The notes under the pieces were generated by a model, which was not told the DNA's origin, did no database searches, and saw only the letters and a program-made list of their open reading frames with translations. A stretch of DNA of 64,000 bases. Source: Deltaproteobacteria bacterium. Its GTDB lineage: Bacteria > Myxococcota_A > Polyangia > Polyangiales > Houyiibacteriaceae. The stretch covers positions 128,001 through 192,000 of the forward strand of contig JAXMNT010000002.1 in NCBI GenBank assembly GCA_034670305.1, given 5' to 3'. Below, one piece after another: positions 9,586 through 20,051 of this stretch (within the stretch, counting starts at the first letter, position 1; every line of letters begins with the position of its first letter). Made by a program: the position numbers and the translations under genes.

Positions 9586-12242
9586 CCCGCGTTCTTCTCG
9601 TCCATCCCGAGTCCGCCCTCGCGCACCGTTCGGCCGCGGTCTTGCGAGACGGGGGCGTGGAGGTCGTGGTGGTCAGCAGCGGGGAGCGCGCGATCGATCA
9701 TTTCGTGCAGGACCCGAGCGAGGTGCTCGTCGTGGATCTGGATCTGCCAGGTCGGGATGGCGCCGCGACGATCGAGTCCATCCGGTGGGCGCCTGGCGGG
9801 GACGCAGCCCAGATGATCCTCACCGGCACCCGCGCGTCCGCCGACGAGGTCCGGACCGTTGCGCGGGAGCTGAAGGCGATCGCGGTGCCCGACGGGGACC
9901 CGCTCACGATCCTGTCCAAGCTGGAACTCGGGCACACGCCCAGTCGACCGCCCACCGCAACCCGCGAGCTCCCACCGCTCGAGTCCGCGAGCGGCGACGA
10001 GGCCGAAGGGCGGGACGTCGAAGAGCGCGCCGACAGACTCGCCCGGCTCGCGCGGCTCGACGGCCGCCTCGAGGACGTTCCCTTTCCAGCGCTCCTCGCG
10101 CGACTCGCCGAACAGCGGGCGAGCGGCGCACTGGTGCTCGGGTCCGCGGGGGACCCGCGATCGACGACGACCGGTGAGTCCCCGAAGAAGGTGGTGTTCT
10201 TTCGCAATGGCATCCCCGTGCACGTGCGGAGCAACCTCGTCGAAGAGTGTCTCGGCCAACTGCTCCAGCGGGAAGGGTTGATCTCTGGAGAGGCCCTGGC
10301 CGAATCGCTCGCGCGCGTGCAGGACGGCGACGGGCGCCAAGGAGGCATCCTGATCGCGATCGGCGCGCTCTCCCCCCAGCAGCTGCGCGATGCGCTGCAA
10401 CGGCAACAACGCGAGAAGTTGTTCGACGTCTTCTCGTGGCCAGCGGGCACATACGCGTTCAGCGAGTCGTCCGAGTTGCCGTCCGAGACCGTGACGTTGG
10501 AGATGGCCCTCGCGGAGATGGTCTACCACGGCATTCGCGAGCGCATCCCCTCCCCACGGGTGGCCGGCATGGTCGCCGAGATCGAACATCGGTACGCGGT
10601 GCCGGGGGGACCTGGGTTCCGCGGTCTGCTCCGGGTCGTGGATGCGCCCGAACGCGCGTTGCTGGAGGCGGTCGACGGTCAGAGCACGGTGGCGGTGCTC
10701 ATCGCGAGTGCCACCCGCCGCGTCGAGGCCACCCGGGTGTTCTTCGCCGCGCGCTGTCTCGGTGCCATCGGACTGCGGGACACCTCCGTGGTGAAGACCC
10801 ATGCCGACGTGCCGGACGACGACGACGGTCGGAGGCTGCTCGCCAAAGTCGTTCCCCTTCTGCGCGCCGGCAAGTGGGCCGAGGCGCTCGGCGTCGCCGC
10901 CGACGACGTCGAAGGCGCGCGGAAGTCGGCGAAGACGATCCGAGACACGCTTCGCTCGCTCTCCACCCAGGCAGACGTGGGCCGAGCGCTGAGAAATCTG
11001 GCGACCGAGACCATCGTGCGGCTCGCCCGGGCAGAGAGCGCGATCACCGATGCCAGCGGGTTGCACCCACCCCTGAGCGACAGTGCGCCGATCACCCGCG
11101 AGCTGCCCGCGCTCGCCACCCACGCCGGCGGCAAGGTGTCTCGGCCCAGTTCCAGCCTGAAGCCCTCCGCAACCGCCGTTGTGGGCAGCGGCGCGGTTTC
11201 CGGAAAGCCGGACGCGGTCACCCGCGACCACGCCGTCCCGAGCGAACCGGAGCGCGAACTCGCCGAGGTCTCAGAGGCACGTCCGCTGGGGTTCGACGGA
11301 GACGACGCGACCGGGGTGTTGCCGCCCGAGGTGGTGGAAGCCGCGCGCGCGGCAAGCGCGCACTCGGGTTCGACGGCGTCGGAAGAGATCTCCTTCGCGG
11401 GTGTGGCGGAGGCGGCGGGGGCGGCCGCGGGCCCCGACGCCGTGGTTGAAGTTGTGGCTGTGGCTGAAGCTGTTTCGGAGACTGCAACTGCTTCTGAAGC
11501 CGATGGCGTGGCCGAAGCCGTGGCCGCAGCCGAAGCCGTGGCCGATGCCGAAGCCGTGGCCGATGCCGAAGCCAAAGCCGAAGCCGAAGCCGAAGCCGAA
11601 GCCGTAGCCGTGGCAGCGGCCGATGCCGAAGCCGAAGCCGAAGCCGAAGCCGAAGCCGCAGCCGAAGCCGAAGCCGTGGCCGCGGCCGAAGCCGCGGCCG
11701 AAGCCGAAGCGGTTGCTGCGGCCGAAGCCGAAGCGGTTGCCGCGGCGGAAGCCGAAGCGGTTGCGGCCGAAGCCGCGCTGGCGGCGGAGCGGGATGCGCT
11801 GGCGGTCGCGGCTGCAGAGGAAGCCGAACGGGCGCGCGAGGCGGCGGCGGCGGAGGAGGCGGCGGCGACCTTGGACGATCGGGTGGAGGCGATGCTCCAA
11901 GCGGAGCGGCACTTCCGGCGTGGACAGCGCGCGCTCGGGCGGGGCGCGATCGATCAGGCCGTCGTCGCGTTCCGCAAGGCGGTGGAGACCGTCCCGGACG
12001 AAGGCGATTTTCTCGCCCACTTGGGGTGGGTGCTTCACCTCTCAGGCCAAGACGAGGAAGCCGAGCCGTTGCTCTCGAAGGCCAGCGGGCTCGCGCCGCA
12101 CGTCGCCCAGGTCCATGTGCTGCTCGCCCGGTTCTTCGTGACGCTCGAGAGACTGCCAGCCGCGCGCAACGCGTACGAGCGTGCGCTGGCCGCGGATCCC
12201 GACCACCTCGAAGCGCTCGAAGAACTTCGCGCCCTGAGCTGA
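9582..12242 (+). CDS. Atypical response regulator with DUF4388-like domain, Ala/Glu-rich linker and C-terminal TPRs
   Basis: Degenerate receiver (RVLLVHPE...VVDLDLPGRDG); DUF4388-like G.L....FPALL...SG.L.L...K.VFFRNG.P...SN...E.LG; AEAEA tract; terminal TPRs; ATGA coupling to glnE. Confidence 0.8.
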   Translation: MTRVLLVHPESALAHRSAAVLRDGGVEVVVVSSGERAIDHFVQDPSEVLVVDLDLPGRDGAATIESIRWAPGGDAAQMILTGTRASADEVRTVARELKAIAVPDGDPLTILSKLELGHTPSRPPTATRELPPLESASGDEAEGRDVEERADRLARLARLDGRLEDVPFPALLARLAEQRASGALVLGSAGDPRSTTTGESPKKVVFFRNGIPVHVRSNLVEECLGQLLQREGLISGEALAESLARVQDGDGRQGGILIAIGALSPQQLRDALQRQQREKLFDVFSWPAGTYAFSESSELPSETVTLEMALAEMVYHGIRERIPSPRVAGMVAEIEHRYAVPGGPGFRGLLRVVDAPERALLEAVDGQSTVAVLIASATRRVEATRVFFAARCLGAIGLRDTSVVKTHADVPDDDDGRRLLAKVVPLLRAGKWAEALGVAADDVEGARKSAKTIRDTLRSLSTQADVGRALRNLATETIVRLARAESAITDASGLHPPLSDSAPITRELPALATHAGGKVSRPSSSLKPSATAVVGSGAVSGKPDAVTRDHAVPSEPERELAEVSEARPLGFDGDDATGVLPPEVVEAARAASAHSGSTASEEISFAGVAEAAGAAAGPDAVVEVVAVAEAVSETATASEADGVAEAVAAAEAVADAEAVADAEAKAEAEAEAEAVAVAAADAEAEAEAEAEAAAEAEAVAAAEAAAEAEAVAAAEAEAVAAAEAEAVAAEAALAAERDALAVAAAEEAERAREAAAAEEAAATLDDRVEAMLQAERHFRRGQRALGRGAIDQAVVAFRKAVETVPDEGDFLAHLGWVLHLSGQDEEAEPLLSKASGLAPHVAQVHVLLARFFVTLERLPAARNAYERALAADPDHLEALEELRALS
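11500..11800. repeat. Intragenic (GCCGAA)n tract encoding Ala-Glu repeats
   Basis: Same hexamer family as the intergenic tracts, here in frame as AEAEA. Confidence 0.9.
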
Positions 12243-12383
12243 TCGACCCGCGCGTTTCAAAGCGCTGGGCCCGACAGATGCCCCTCGGTCCGGGGGGCAC
12301 AGTGAGGTTGGGGTTGCGCGCGTTGGTTGCGACGCGATACAGCGAGGGGAACCCGGGCACGTGTCCCGAGCCCTGGAGGAACG

Positions 12384-13301
12384 ATGGTCGACAAGGTCGA
12401 GAAGATCTGGATGGATGGCGCGCTGATCGATTGGGACGCTGCCAACGTGCACGTGCTCACGCACAGCCTTCACTACGGTCTCGGAGTGTTCGAAGGCATC
12501 CGTTGCTACAAGCAGAGCGATGGGTCGAGCGCGATCTTCCGACTCCGAGAGCACATCCAGCGCCTCGCGGATTCGGCGAAGATCGCCACGTTGCCGATGC
12601 CCTACGACGTGGACACCCTCTGCGCCGCGAGTGTCGAGACCGTGAAGGCCAACAAACTCGAAGAATGTTACCTGCGCCCGCTGGCGTTCGTCGGCGACGG
12701 AGCGATGGGCCTTGGCGCCCGAGACAACCCGACCCGCGTCACGATCATCGCTTGGAAGTGGGGCGCGTACCTCGGTGAGGACGGCCTCAAGCGGGGCATC
12801 CGCGCCAAGGTCTCCTCGTTCAGCCGCGCAGGCGTGAACGCGCTGATGGCCAAGGGCAAAGTCGTCGGTCACTACGTGAACTCGATCCTCGCCAAACGCG
12901 AAGTGCTCCAGAACGGCTACGACGAGGCGATCATGCTCGACCCGCAGGGGTACGTCTGCGAGGCGTCGGGCGAGAACATCTTCGTGGTCCGCAACGGCGT
13001 GGTCTCGACCGCACCGCTTGGTTCGTCGATTCTTGGCGGCATCACGCGCGAGACGACGATTCGATTGATGCAGGACATGGGTCTTGAAGTCCGCGAGCGC
13101 CTCATCGGCCGCGACGAACTCTACATCGCCGACGAAGTCTTCATGGTGGGGACGGCCGCCGAGGTCACGCCGGTGCGCGAAGTCGACGACCGCACCGTCG
13201 GCGCCGGCGAGCGTGGTCCGATCACCGAGAAGGTCCAGTCGCGGTACTTCGCCGCGGTGCGCGGCGACGGCCCGAAGGAATGGCTCACCCCCATCGCCTG
13301 A
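12384..13301 (+). CDS. ilvE: Branched-chain amino acid aminotransferase
   Basis: HSLHYGLGVFEGIRCY, YLRP, AK...HYVNS, EASGENIF, LGGITR, GTAAEVTP; GGAGG RBS before ATG 12384. Confidence 0.97.
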   Translation: MVDKVEKIWMDGALIDWDAANVHVLTHSLHYGLGVFEGIRCYKQSDGSSAIFRLREHIQRLADSAKIATLPMPYDVDTLCAASVETVKANKLEECYLRPLAFVGDGAMGLGARDNPTRVTIIAWKWGAYLGEDGLKRGIRAKVSSFSRAGVNALMAKGKVVGHYVNSILAKREVLQNGYDEAIMLDPQGYVCEASGENIFVVRNGVVSTAPLGSSILGGITRETTIRLMQDMGLEVRERLIGRDELYIADEVFMVGTAAEVTPVREVDDRTVGAGERGPITEKVQSRYFAAVRGDGPKEWLTPIA

Positions 13302-13316
13302 GTCCGATTCGTCAGA

Positions 13317-13408
13317 ACGAGAAAAGGCGGGCCGCAGAAGCGAGCCCGCCTTTCTTGTGGGGCGACGAGAAAAGGCGAGCCGCGTTCTGCCGGCTCGCCC
13401 TTCCCTTG
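13317..13408. terminator. Pair of related hairpins (bidirectional terminator / REP-like doublet)
   Basis: AAAGGCGGGC-N11-GCCCGCCTTT and GGCGAGCCG-N8-CGGCTCGCC between convergent ilvE and the zinc-ribbon gene. Confidence 0.75.
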
Positions 13409-13424
13409 TTCGTTGCGGGTTGTC

Positions 13425-14180
13425 TTACGCTTCTGCCGAAGGTCCATCCGGGTTCGGCGGCACGTATCCCTCGAGCGCACGTTCGTGCACGAGGAAGGCA
13501 CGGCACTGCGGACAGTCGCGGATGTCGTCGAAGCGCAGCAGCTCGATGTAGAACTGCGCGGGCAAGAGCAGCCGGCACGACGAGCACATCTCGCTCGTGA
13601 GAATGGTGACCGCCTTGTGCTTCGAGCGCTCTCGGAGGCGCTCGTAGCGCTTGATGATGCGCGGCGGCACGAGTTCCACGTACTTGCCGCGACCGACGAG
13701 CACCTTGTCTCGCTCGACCTTGACGACCTCGAGGCGGGCTTTGCCTTCCTTCTCTTCGGTCTCGAGAATCTGGCGGGCTTCCTCGAACTGGCTCTCGCGT
13801 TCGGCCAGCGTGGTCGCCTTCGCCTCGATCGTATCCTGGATCTGCGTGATCTCTTTTTCGCGTTCGGCCGCGGCGCGGCGGTTGGACTCCACCTCGCGCT
13901 CGGCCATGTCCGCTTCTTTCATCGTCTGGGCTCGAGAGCCCTTCGACTTCGCGCGGGTCACGGCTTCGCGCCGCTCGGAGAGTTCCTGGGTGCGCTCGGC
14001 GAGAAGCGCCTTGGCTTCGTCCAGCTGAGCACGCTCATGTTCGAGCAACTTCTCCAGTGTCGCGACGTCCTCGCGCATCGCAGCGAGTTTCGCGGGAATC
14101 GTCTTCAGTTCCTGGTCGTACGAGGACGAGGCCTCGTCGATTTCAGCAACCTTCGCTAGCGCCCTCAGCTTGTCCCGCAC
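13425..14180 (-). CDS. Coiled-coil protein with C4 zinc ribbon (DUF164/CT398-like)
   Basis: Long coiled coil then YERLR...CSSC.....P...I.L......CPQCRAFL; typical position downstream of rpoD/tRNA. Confidence 0.9.
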   Translation of the reverse strand: MRDKLRALAKVAEIDEASSSYDQELKTIPAKLAAMREDVATLEKLLEHERAQLDEAKALLAERTQELSERREAVTRAKSKGSRAQTMKEADMAEREVESNRRAAAEREKEITQIQDTIEAKATTLAERESQFEEARQILETEEKEGKARLEVVKVERDKVLVGRGKYVELVPPRIIKRYERLRERSKHKAVTILTSEMCSSCRLLLPAQFYIELLRFDDIRDCPQCRAFLVHERALEGYVPPNPDGPSAEA

Positions 14181-14261
14181 CCTGCGTCACCTCCACGCCA
14201 CGTTGGCGTGCCGCGCGTTTACCTTGCCCGCACCCAACACGCAACCCGCGTTGCTTAACAG

Positions 14262-14335
14262 TGGGCCCAGTCGGACTCGAACCGACACGTAGCCGGTTAT
14301 GAGCCGGCGGCTCTGACCAATTGAGCTATGGGCCC
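14262..14335 (-). tRNA. tRNA with CAT anticodon, probably tRNA-Ile2 (lysidine-modified)
   Basis: GGGCCCATAGCTCAATTGGTCAGAGCCGCCGGCT-CAT-AACCGG...GGTTCGAGTCCGACTGGGCCCA folds as a cloverleaf; paired first acceptor base pair (not initiator); position after rpoD fits Ile2; CCA not encoded. Confidence 0.9.
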
Positions 14336-14403
14336 AGATCGCGAAAACCCCGTCTTTCGACGAGGTCTTCGCTGCACGAACACTCGGTCGGAGTGGTCGC
14401 GCG

Positions 14404-16419
14404 CTACTTCTCTATGAAGCTGCGGAGCTGCTTGCTCCGGCTCGGGTGACGCAGCTTGCGCAGCGCCTTCGCTTCGATCTGTCGGATGCGCTCGCGGGTG
14501 ACGTCGAAGTCCTGACCCACCTCTTCGAGGGTGTGGTCGCTCTTCTCGCCGATTCCAAACCGCATGCGGAGAACCTTCTCCTCACGGGGCGTCAGCGTCT
14601 TGAGCACCCGACGCGTCTGCTCCTCGAGGTTGCCGTTGATGACGGCCTCCACCGGCGAGATGACCGACTTGTCCTCGATGAAGTCGCCGAGATGCGAATC
14701 TTCCTCTTCGCCGATGGGCGTCTCGAGGCTGATCGGCTCCTTGGCGATCTTGAGGACCTTGCGGACCTTGTCGAGCGGCATCTCCATGCGCTCGGCGATC
14801 TCTTCCGGAATCGGCTCGCGACCCAGCTCTTGCACCAAGTAGCGGCTGGTGCGGATGAGCTTGTTGATCGTCTCGATCATGTGGACCGGGATTCGAATCG
14901 TGCGTGCCTGGTCGGCGATCGCGCGGGTGATGGCCTGACGGATCCACCACGTCGCGTACGTCGAGAACTTGTAGCCGCGGCGGTACTCGAACTTGTCCAC
15001 CGCCTTCATGAGGCCGATGTTGCCTTCCTGGATGAGGTCCAGGAACTGAAGGCCGCGGTTCGTGTACTTCTTCGCGATGCTCACCACGAGGCGCAGGTTG
15101 GCTTCGACCAGTTCGGCCTTGGCGCGGTCCGCTTGGTGTTCGCCGCGTCGAAGCAGATCGTAGGTGCCGCGAAGCTGAGCGATCGGCTGCCCCAGATCCT
15201 CCTCCACCTTCTTGGCGGACTTGTGGGCCTCTTTGATCGTCTCGTCCGCCATGCGGAGGACTTCGAACGACGCACCGGTCTTGCGCAGGATGCGCTTCTC
15301 GGCCGAGGGGGTCGTCTGGATGGTCTTGATGGCCTTCTTGATGTCCCGATGAACCAAGCCGCCGCAGCGCGCTTCGGTGTCCACGATGGCCCGTTCCGCC
15401 CGATCGACGCGGCGGATGTAGCCTTTGATGCGCGAGACGACCTTGTCGATTTGTTTCTTCGACAGGCCCAGCGAGCGCAGCGTCGCGATGCGATCCTGGC
15501 GACACTTCTCGATCGTGCGTTCGCTCGTCTTGCGGACTCGATCGCTGACGCGTTTGCCGCCCTCGAGGTCCTCCTTGAGCTTGTTGGCCTGCGCCTCGAG
15601 CCGTTTGACCTTCTCGACCAGCTTGACCAGGCGCGCACGGACTTCTTCGTCCGTCTCGTCGCCCATGTCCTTGATGACGTCCTTGGTGCGGAGCTTGCCC
15701 TTCTTGAGGTTCTCACCGACCTCGATGAGCTCACCGACACCAACGCGGGAGTCGAGAATGACCTCGAAGATCTTGTCCTCGCCGCTCTCGATGCGTTTCG
15801 CGATCTCCACCTCGCCCTCACGGGTCAGGAGGGAGACGGATCCCATCTTGCGCAGGTACATGCGCACGGGGTCGTTCGACTTCGTGGTGTACGGGTCGCT
15901 GCTGGGCGGAAGAATCGACTCGCGCTTCTTCTTGCCTTTGACCTGCGCTTCTTTGCGCTTGGCCTGGGCCGCGGTGTCGACGATGTCGATGTCCTCGTTG
16001 CCGAGGCGCCCCATGAGCTCGTCGATCTGATCGCTCGTGACCACATCGGGCGGGAGCGCATCGTTGATCTCGTCGTACGTGAGGAACCCTTTGACCCGAC
16101 CGCGCTCCAGGAGCACCTGGATCTCCTTGCGCTCCTTGCGCCGCCGACGGCTCTCGAGAAGCTTGTCGACCTCGCTCTTGACCTTCTTTCGTCGGCCAGT
16201 CTTGGGCTTCGCTTCTGTCTCTTGAACCACGGGCTCCTCAGCGGGAGCCGCAACGGTACCGTTCGCGGAGCTGCCGTTGGCAGCCCCATTCTTTGTACCG
16301 TTCGCCTTCGCACGCGCCTTCGCCGCCGGCCGAGCCTTCTTGGCTTTGGCTTTCGGTGCGGCTTTCTTTGGCGCGCTTTTACGCGTCGTGGTCTTCGAAC
16401 TGCTGGCCTTCGTCGCCAT
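14404..16419 (-). CDS. rpoD: Primary RNA polymerase sigma factor RpoD/SigA
   Basis: [81 protein letters not shown] before ATG 16419. Confidence 0.98.
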   Translation of the reverse strand: MATKASSSKTTTRKSAPKKAAPKAKAKKARPAAKARAKANGTKNGAANGSSANGTVAAPAEEPVVQETEAKPKTGRRKKVKSEVDKLLESRRRRKERKEIQVLLERGRVKGFLTYDEINDALPPDVVTSDQIDELMGRLGNEDIDIVDTAAQAKRKEAQVKGKKKRESILPPSSDPYTTKSNDPVRMYLRKMGSVSLLTREGEVEIAKRIESGEDKIFEVILDSRVGVGELIEVGENLKKGKLRTKDVIKDMGDETDEEVRARLVKLVEKVKRLEAQANKLKEDLEGGKRVSDRVRKTSERTIEKCRQDRIATLRSLGLSKKQIDKVVSRIKGYIRRVDRAERAIVDTEARCGGLVHRDIKKAIKTIQTTPSAEKRILRKTGASFEVLRMADETIKEAHKSAKKVEEDLGQPIAQLRGTYDLLRRGEHQADRAKAELVEANLRLVVSIAKKYTNRGLQFLDLIQEGNIGLMKAVDKFEYRRGYKFSTYATWWIRQAITRAIADQARTIRIPVHMIETINKLIRTSRYLVQELGREPIPEEIAERMEMPLDKVRKVLKIAKEPISLETPIGEEEDSHLGDFIEDKSVISPVEAVINGNLEEQTRRVLKTLTPREEKVLRMRFGIGEKSDHTLEEVGQDFDVTRERIRQIEAKALRKLRHPSRSKQLRSFIEK

Positions 16420-18286
16420 CGTCACCTCTCGAACCCTTCTCATCCGTTCGATTCATCGTTCGTGCACCGCGGAAAAGCACTGTGCGCTCATCCGTCAACT
16501 GCTGTGCCAGGGCGTGATCGCCGCGCCTGCGCGCTTCTACGATCGCGTCCTTAAGAGTGGCCAGCCTACGCTCGCGCCACTTTTTCTCCATTCGCGGGAG
16601 CGCATCCCGAAGTACGAACTGCCCCTCCGCTTCGTCGTACTTCTGCAGCGCCAGCCGCCCTTCCAACCATCCCACTGCTTGCTCCGTCAGCGCTGGATCT
16701 TCTCGAACTCGTTCCAGCAGTGCCGGTGCCTCCACCCCTCCGCTCGCTTCCACCAAGCGGGCGGTGGCAACAAACATGGCGCGAAGATCCGGACTCGTCA
16801 AAAGCTCACCAAATTCTTTTGCTTCCTCGGTCTTGAAAAGCGTCGGTACATCCAAAAGCGCCCCAAAAGCCTCGCGCTCGACGGGGGGCAACGCGAGCGG
16901 CCCTACCCGACCGCGAGGTTGCACCTTCGATACTGCCGGTGCCCGTGATCCCTTGCGAGAACGCACACCCCGTCGAAGCTGCTGCCGAACCGCGTCCACA
17001 TCGCGTACCCCGAACTTGCGCGCGACCCGCTCCACGTGCAGCCGCGCTTCGACCGGGCTGACTTTCATGAGGATCGGCCCGAGTTCGGCGATCGCCCGCG
17101 CCTTCTCGCTCGCATCGCGGCCCGCGCCGGCGGCGGCGGCGTCGATCAAGTGCTCCACGATGCCGGGCGCGGCATCGATGTGCCGCTGCAGCGCTTCGTT
17201 GCCCTCGCGCGTCAGAAACGTATCGGGGTCGTCGCCCGGAGGCAGCGTGACCACTTGGGTGGAGAGCCCGTACTTCTGGAGCACGTCGTACGACTTGCGC
17301 ACCGCGCGACCACCCGCCGCGTCCCCGTCGAAGAGCAAGACCACCCGCTCCGCGAACCGCTTGAGCAACTTGGCGTGGTCTTCGGTGAGCGAGGTTCCAA
17401 GCGGCGCAACCGCGTTGTCGAACCCGCCCTGATGCAGTTTCACCAGATCGAAGTTGCCCTCGCACACCACGACCCAGCCGCCTCGGCGGATGGGGACGCG
17501 CCCTTCGTGCAGGCCGTAGAGCACCTTGCCCTTGGTGAAGAGTGGGCTCTCGGGTGAGTTGACGTACTTCGCGCGCTTCGCGTCCTCGTCCTCCTCTTCC
17601 CCCGGCGGAGCGTCGAGCTGCCGTCCGCTGAACGCGACGATGCGTCCTTGGTGATCGCTCACCGGGAACATCAACCGATGCCGAAACCGGTCGTAGTGAC
17701 CGGACCCGTTCTTCTTGCCGACCAGCAGCCCGACGGCTTCCGCGTCGGACGGGGAGTGCCCCTTGGTGCGCAAGTGGTTGGTGAGCCCATCCCATCCGTG
17801 CGGCGCGTATCCAAGCCGGAACGACGCGGCGATCTCCGCGCTCACGCCGCGCGCCTCCCACGCCTCGCGTGCCATGGCACCCAGCGGATGGGCGGTGACC
17901 TGTTCGATGAAGTACCCCGCGGCGGCATCCACCACCGACGCGAGCCGGTCCGAGCGCTGCCGTTCGCGCCGCACTTCGGCGTCGCGCACTGGATCCGAAT
18001 CCGGCAGCTCGACACCGGCGCGCTCCGCGAGATCGCGGGCCACCTCGGGGAAACTCAGGCCCTCGATGCGCATCATGAACGCGAACACGTCGCCCGACGC
18101 CTGACACCCAAAGCAGTGGAAGAAGTGCCGGTTGGGGTGCACGTAGAACGACCCCGACTTCTCTTGGTGGAACGGACACAACCCCACGTGCGAGTTGCCC
18201 TGCTTCTTGAGCCGGACGAACTCCCCCACGAGCGCCACGATGTCGACCCGCGCTCGGATCTCCGCGATCACCGCATCGGGAATCAT
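16379..18286 (-). CDS. dnaG: DNA primase
   Basis: CPFHQEK...CFGC zinc domain, [38 protein letters not shown] motifs; upstream of rpoD. Confidence 0.97.
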   Translation of the reverse strand: MIPDAVIAEIRARVDIVALVGEFVRLKKQGNSHVGLCPFHQEKSGSFYVHPNRHFFHCFGCQASGDVFAFMMRIEGLSFPEVARDLAERAGVELPDSDPVRDAEVRRERQRSDRLASVVDAAAGYFIEQVTAHPLGAMAREAWEARGVSAEIAASFRLGYAPHGWDGLTNHLRTKGHSPSDAEAVGLLVGKKNGSGHYDRFRHRLMFPVSDHQGRIVAFSGRQLDAPPGEEEDEDAKRAKYVNSPESPLFTKGKVLYGLHEGRVPIRRGGWVVVCEGNFDLVKLHQGGFDNAVAPLGTSLTEDHAKLLKRFAERVVLLFDGDAAGGRAVRKSYDVLQKYGLSTQVVTLPPGDDPDTFLTREGNEALQRHIDAAPGIVEHLIDAAAAGAGRDASEKARAIAELGPILMKVSPVEARLHVERVARKFGVRDVDAVRQQLRRGVRSRKGSRAPAVSKVQPRGRVGPLALPPVEREAFGALLDVPTLFKTEEAKEFGELLTSPDLRAMFVATARLVEASGGVEAPALLERVREDPALTEQAVGWLEGRLALQKYDEAEGQFVLRDALPRMEKKWRERRLATLKDAIVEARRRGDHALAQQLTDERTVLFRGARTMNRTDEKGSRGDDGDEGQQFEDHDA

Positions 18287-18403
18287 CCCCAACGCGCGCC
18301 TCCCCGATCCGTGATGCAGTCCTCCCCCATGAGGCCGGCCAGTGTGTGATCGCTGCGCAGCCAGTGCCAGGCGAGAATGCGTTCCTTGCCGCTGCGGGCA
18401 CCA

Positions 18404-18555
18404 GCTTCGGCATCGGCTTCATCGGCATCGGCTTCGGCATCGGCTTCGGCATCGGCTTCGGCATCGGCTTCGGCATCGGCTTCGGCATCGGCTTCGGCAT
18501 CGGCTTCGGCATCGGCTTCGGCATCGGCTTCGGCATCGGCTTCGGCATCGGCTTC
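18404..18555. repeat. Near-perfect (GGCATCGGCTTC)n 12-bp tandem repeat
   Basis: About 12 copies between divergent dnaG and the CPBP gene. Confidence 0.95.
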
Positions 18556-18604
18556 GTGATCGGCCCTCGCTGGCCCTGCCGACGCCGACTGCTAGGACTG
18601 GGAC

Positions 18605-19396
18605 GTGTCGGACGCGTCAGCCAGCCCCGCCGTACCGCGTCCGCTCCGGCCGACGAAGTCCGTCGTGCAGGAAGTGTTGTTCGTGTACCTGGCGCTCTGC
18701 CTCGCCACGTTCGTGCTCACCTTGTTGCGGGCGGTACCGCTGCTCACCGACTACGTGCACCTCGGTGTGGGCGCGCTGTTTCTACTCACGGCGATGCGGC
18801 TCGCGCAGCGTGAACCCGGGGGATACGACCGCTTCGGGATCCGGCTCGGCGGGCTGCTCTCGCCCCACGCGGACGACGAACGCGATCCGGGGCCGCTCGG
18901 CCTCTACGATCTCGCGCGCACCATCCGAGCCGGACTGCCGAGCGCGTCGAAAGAGACGTTCATCGCGCTGGGTTTGGCCGCGGTGATCTTCCCACCGTTC
19001 GCGATCGGATTTCACTGGTACCACGGCGCCGCGCACCCATTTCGCTGGAACCCGCCGGACGAACTGGCGTCTTTCGTCGCGGCCCAGTTCGTGGTGGTCG
19101 CCCTCACCGAAGAGGCCTTCTTCCGCGGCTACGTGCAGACCCGTCTCGGAGACGTGTGGAAGCCGAGACGGTTCCTCGGCGCCCTCGTGCATCCGGCGAC
19201 GCTCCTGGTGCAAGCCGCACTCTTCGCGGCGGTCCATGTGATCGCGACCCCCAACCCCGCGCAGCTCGCCACATTCTTTCCGGGCCTCGTCTTCGGTTGG
19301 CTGCGCGGCTGGCGGGGCGGCATCGGCGCGGCGCTCGTGTTCCACGCGGTCTGCAATGTGTTCAGCGAGTTCCTGGTGCGCGGGTGGCTGCGATGA
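18605..19396 (+). CDS. CPBP/Abi family intramembrane glutamic protease (possible myxosortase-type)
   Basis: EEAFFRG, FAAVH, FHAVCN motifs with multiple TM segments. Confidence 0.88.
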   Translation: MSDASASPAVPRPLRPTKSVVQEVLFVYLALCLATFVLTLLRAVPLLTDYVHLGVGALFLLTAMRLAQREPGGYDRFGIRLGGLLSPHADDERDPGPLGLYDLARTIRAGLPSASKETFIALGLAAVIFPPFAIGFHWYHGAAHPFRWNPPDELASFVAAQFVVVALTEEAFFRGYVQTRLGDVWKPRRFLGALVHPATLLVQAALFAAVHVIATPNPAQLATFFPGLVFGWLRGWRGGIGAALVFHAVCNVFSEFLVRGWLR

Positions 19397-20049
19397 GTGC
19401 TCGGCGCGCCGCCTTCTTCGACATGGACAAGACCCTCGTCCGCGTGAACACGGGCCGGCTCTACATGAAGTGGCGCATGGCGCGGGGCGAAGCCGGTTGG
19501 CGGGACATGGCGCGCTTCTCGCGCTGGATGTTTCGATACAGCCTCGGGTTGCTCGACCCGAGCGACATCACCCGACGTGCGGTCGGCACGCTGACCGGCA
19601 TCGAAGAAGCCACCTTCCGCCGCGAGCTCAGCGACTGGTACCAGACCCACGTGCGTCAACACATCTCCGAGGCCGCGCGGAGGGAGGTCGATCGATGCCG
19701 CGCGCGCGGCGACCAGTTGGTGGTGCTGACCGCCAGCACCCGCTACGCGGCCGACCCGCTCGCGCTCGAACTCGACATCGAACACGTGCTGGCCACCACA
19801 CTCGAAGTCTCGGGCGGCAAGTTCACCGGCGAGTGCGCGACGCTCTGCTACGGCGCTGGGAAAGTCGACGTGGCGCGCCAGTGGGCCGCGCAGCACGACG
19901 TCGATCTCCGCCAATCCGCCTTCTACACCGACAGCGTGAGCGACGCCCCGATGCTCGAAGTCGTTGGCGAGCCACGCGTCGTCAACCCCGACCTCCGCCT
20001 CGGCCGCCTCGCCCGCCAACGCGGCTGGCCCATCGACCACTGGCGCTGA
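19393..20049 (+). CDS. HAD-IB family hydrolase
   Basis: FFDMDKTL, LTAS, GK, YTDSVSD.PML, VNPD..L motifs; ATGA overlap with upstream gene. Confidence 0.92.
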   Translation: MSARRAAFFDMDKTLVRVNTGRLYMKWRMARGEAGWRDMARFSRWMFRYSLGLLDPSDITRRAVGTLTGIEEATFRRELSDWYQTHVRQHISEAARREVDRCRARGDQLVVLTASTRYAADPLALELDIEHVLATTLEVSGGKFTGECATLCYGAGKVDVARQWAAQHDVDLRQSAFYTDSVSDAPMLEVVGEPRVVNPDLRLGRLARQRGWPIDHWR

Positions 20050-20051
20050 CC

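Noticed and set aside
14262-14335. Initiator or elongator tRNA-Met call
   Set aside because: First acceptor pair is matched and the GGG/CCC anticodon stem of initiators is absent; sequence and position after rpoD favour Ile2, though elongator Met is not fully excluded
14446-16554. 702-aa ORF antisense to rpoD (and similar long ORFs at 4606-6027, 25378-28335, 28474-30996, 39773-42163, 43894-46476, 46340-48763)
   Set aside because: Shadow ORFs expected from strong GC3 bias; no motifs, and they mirror well-supported genes on the other strand
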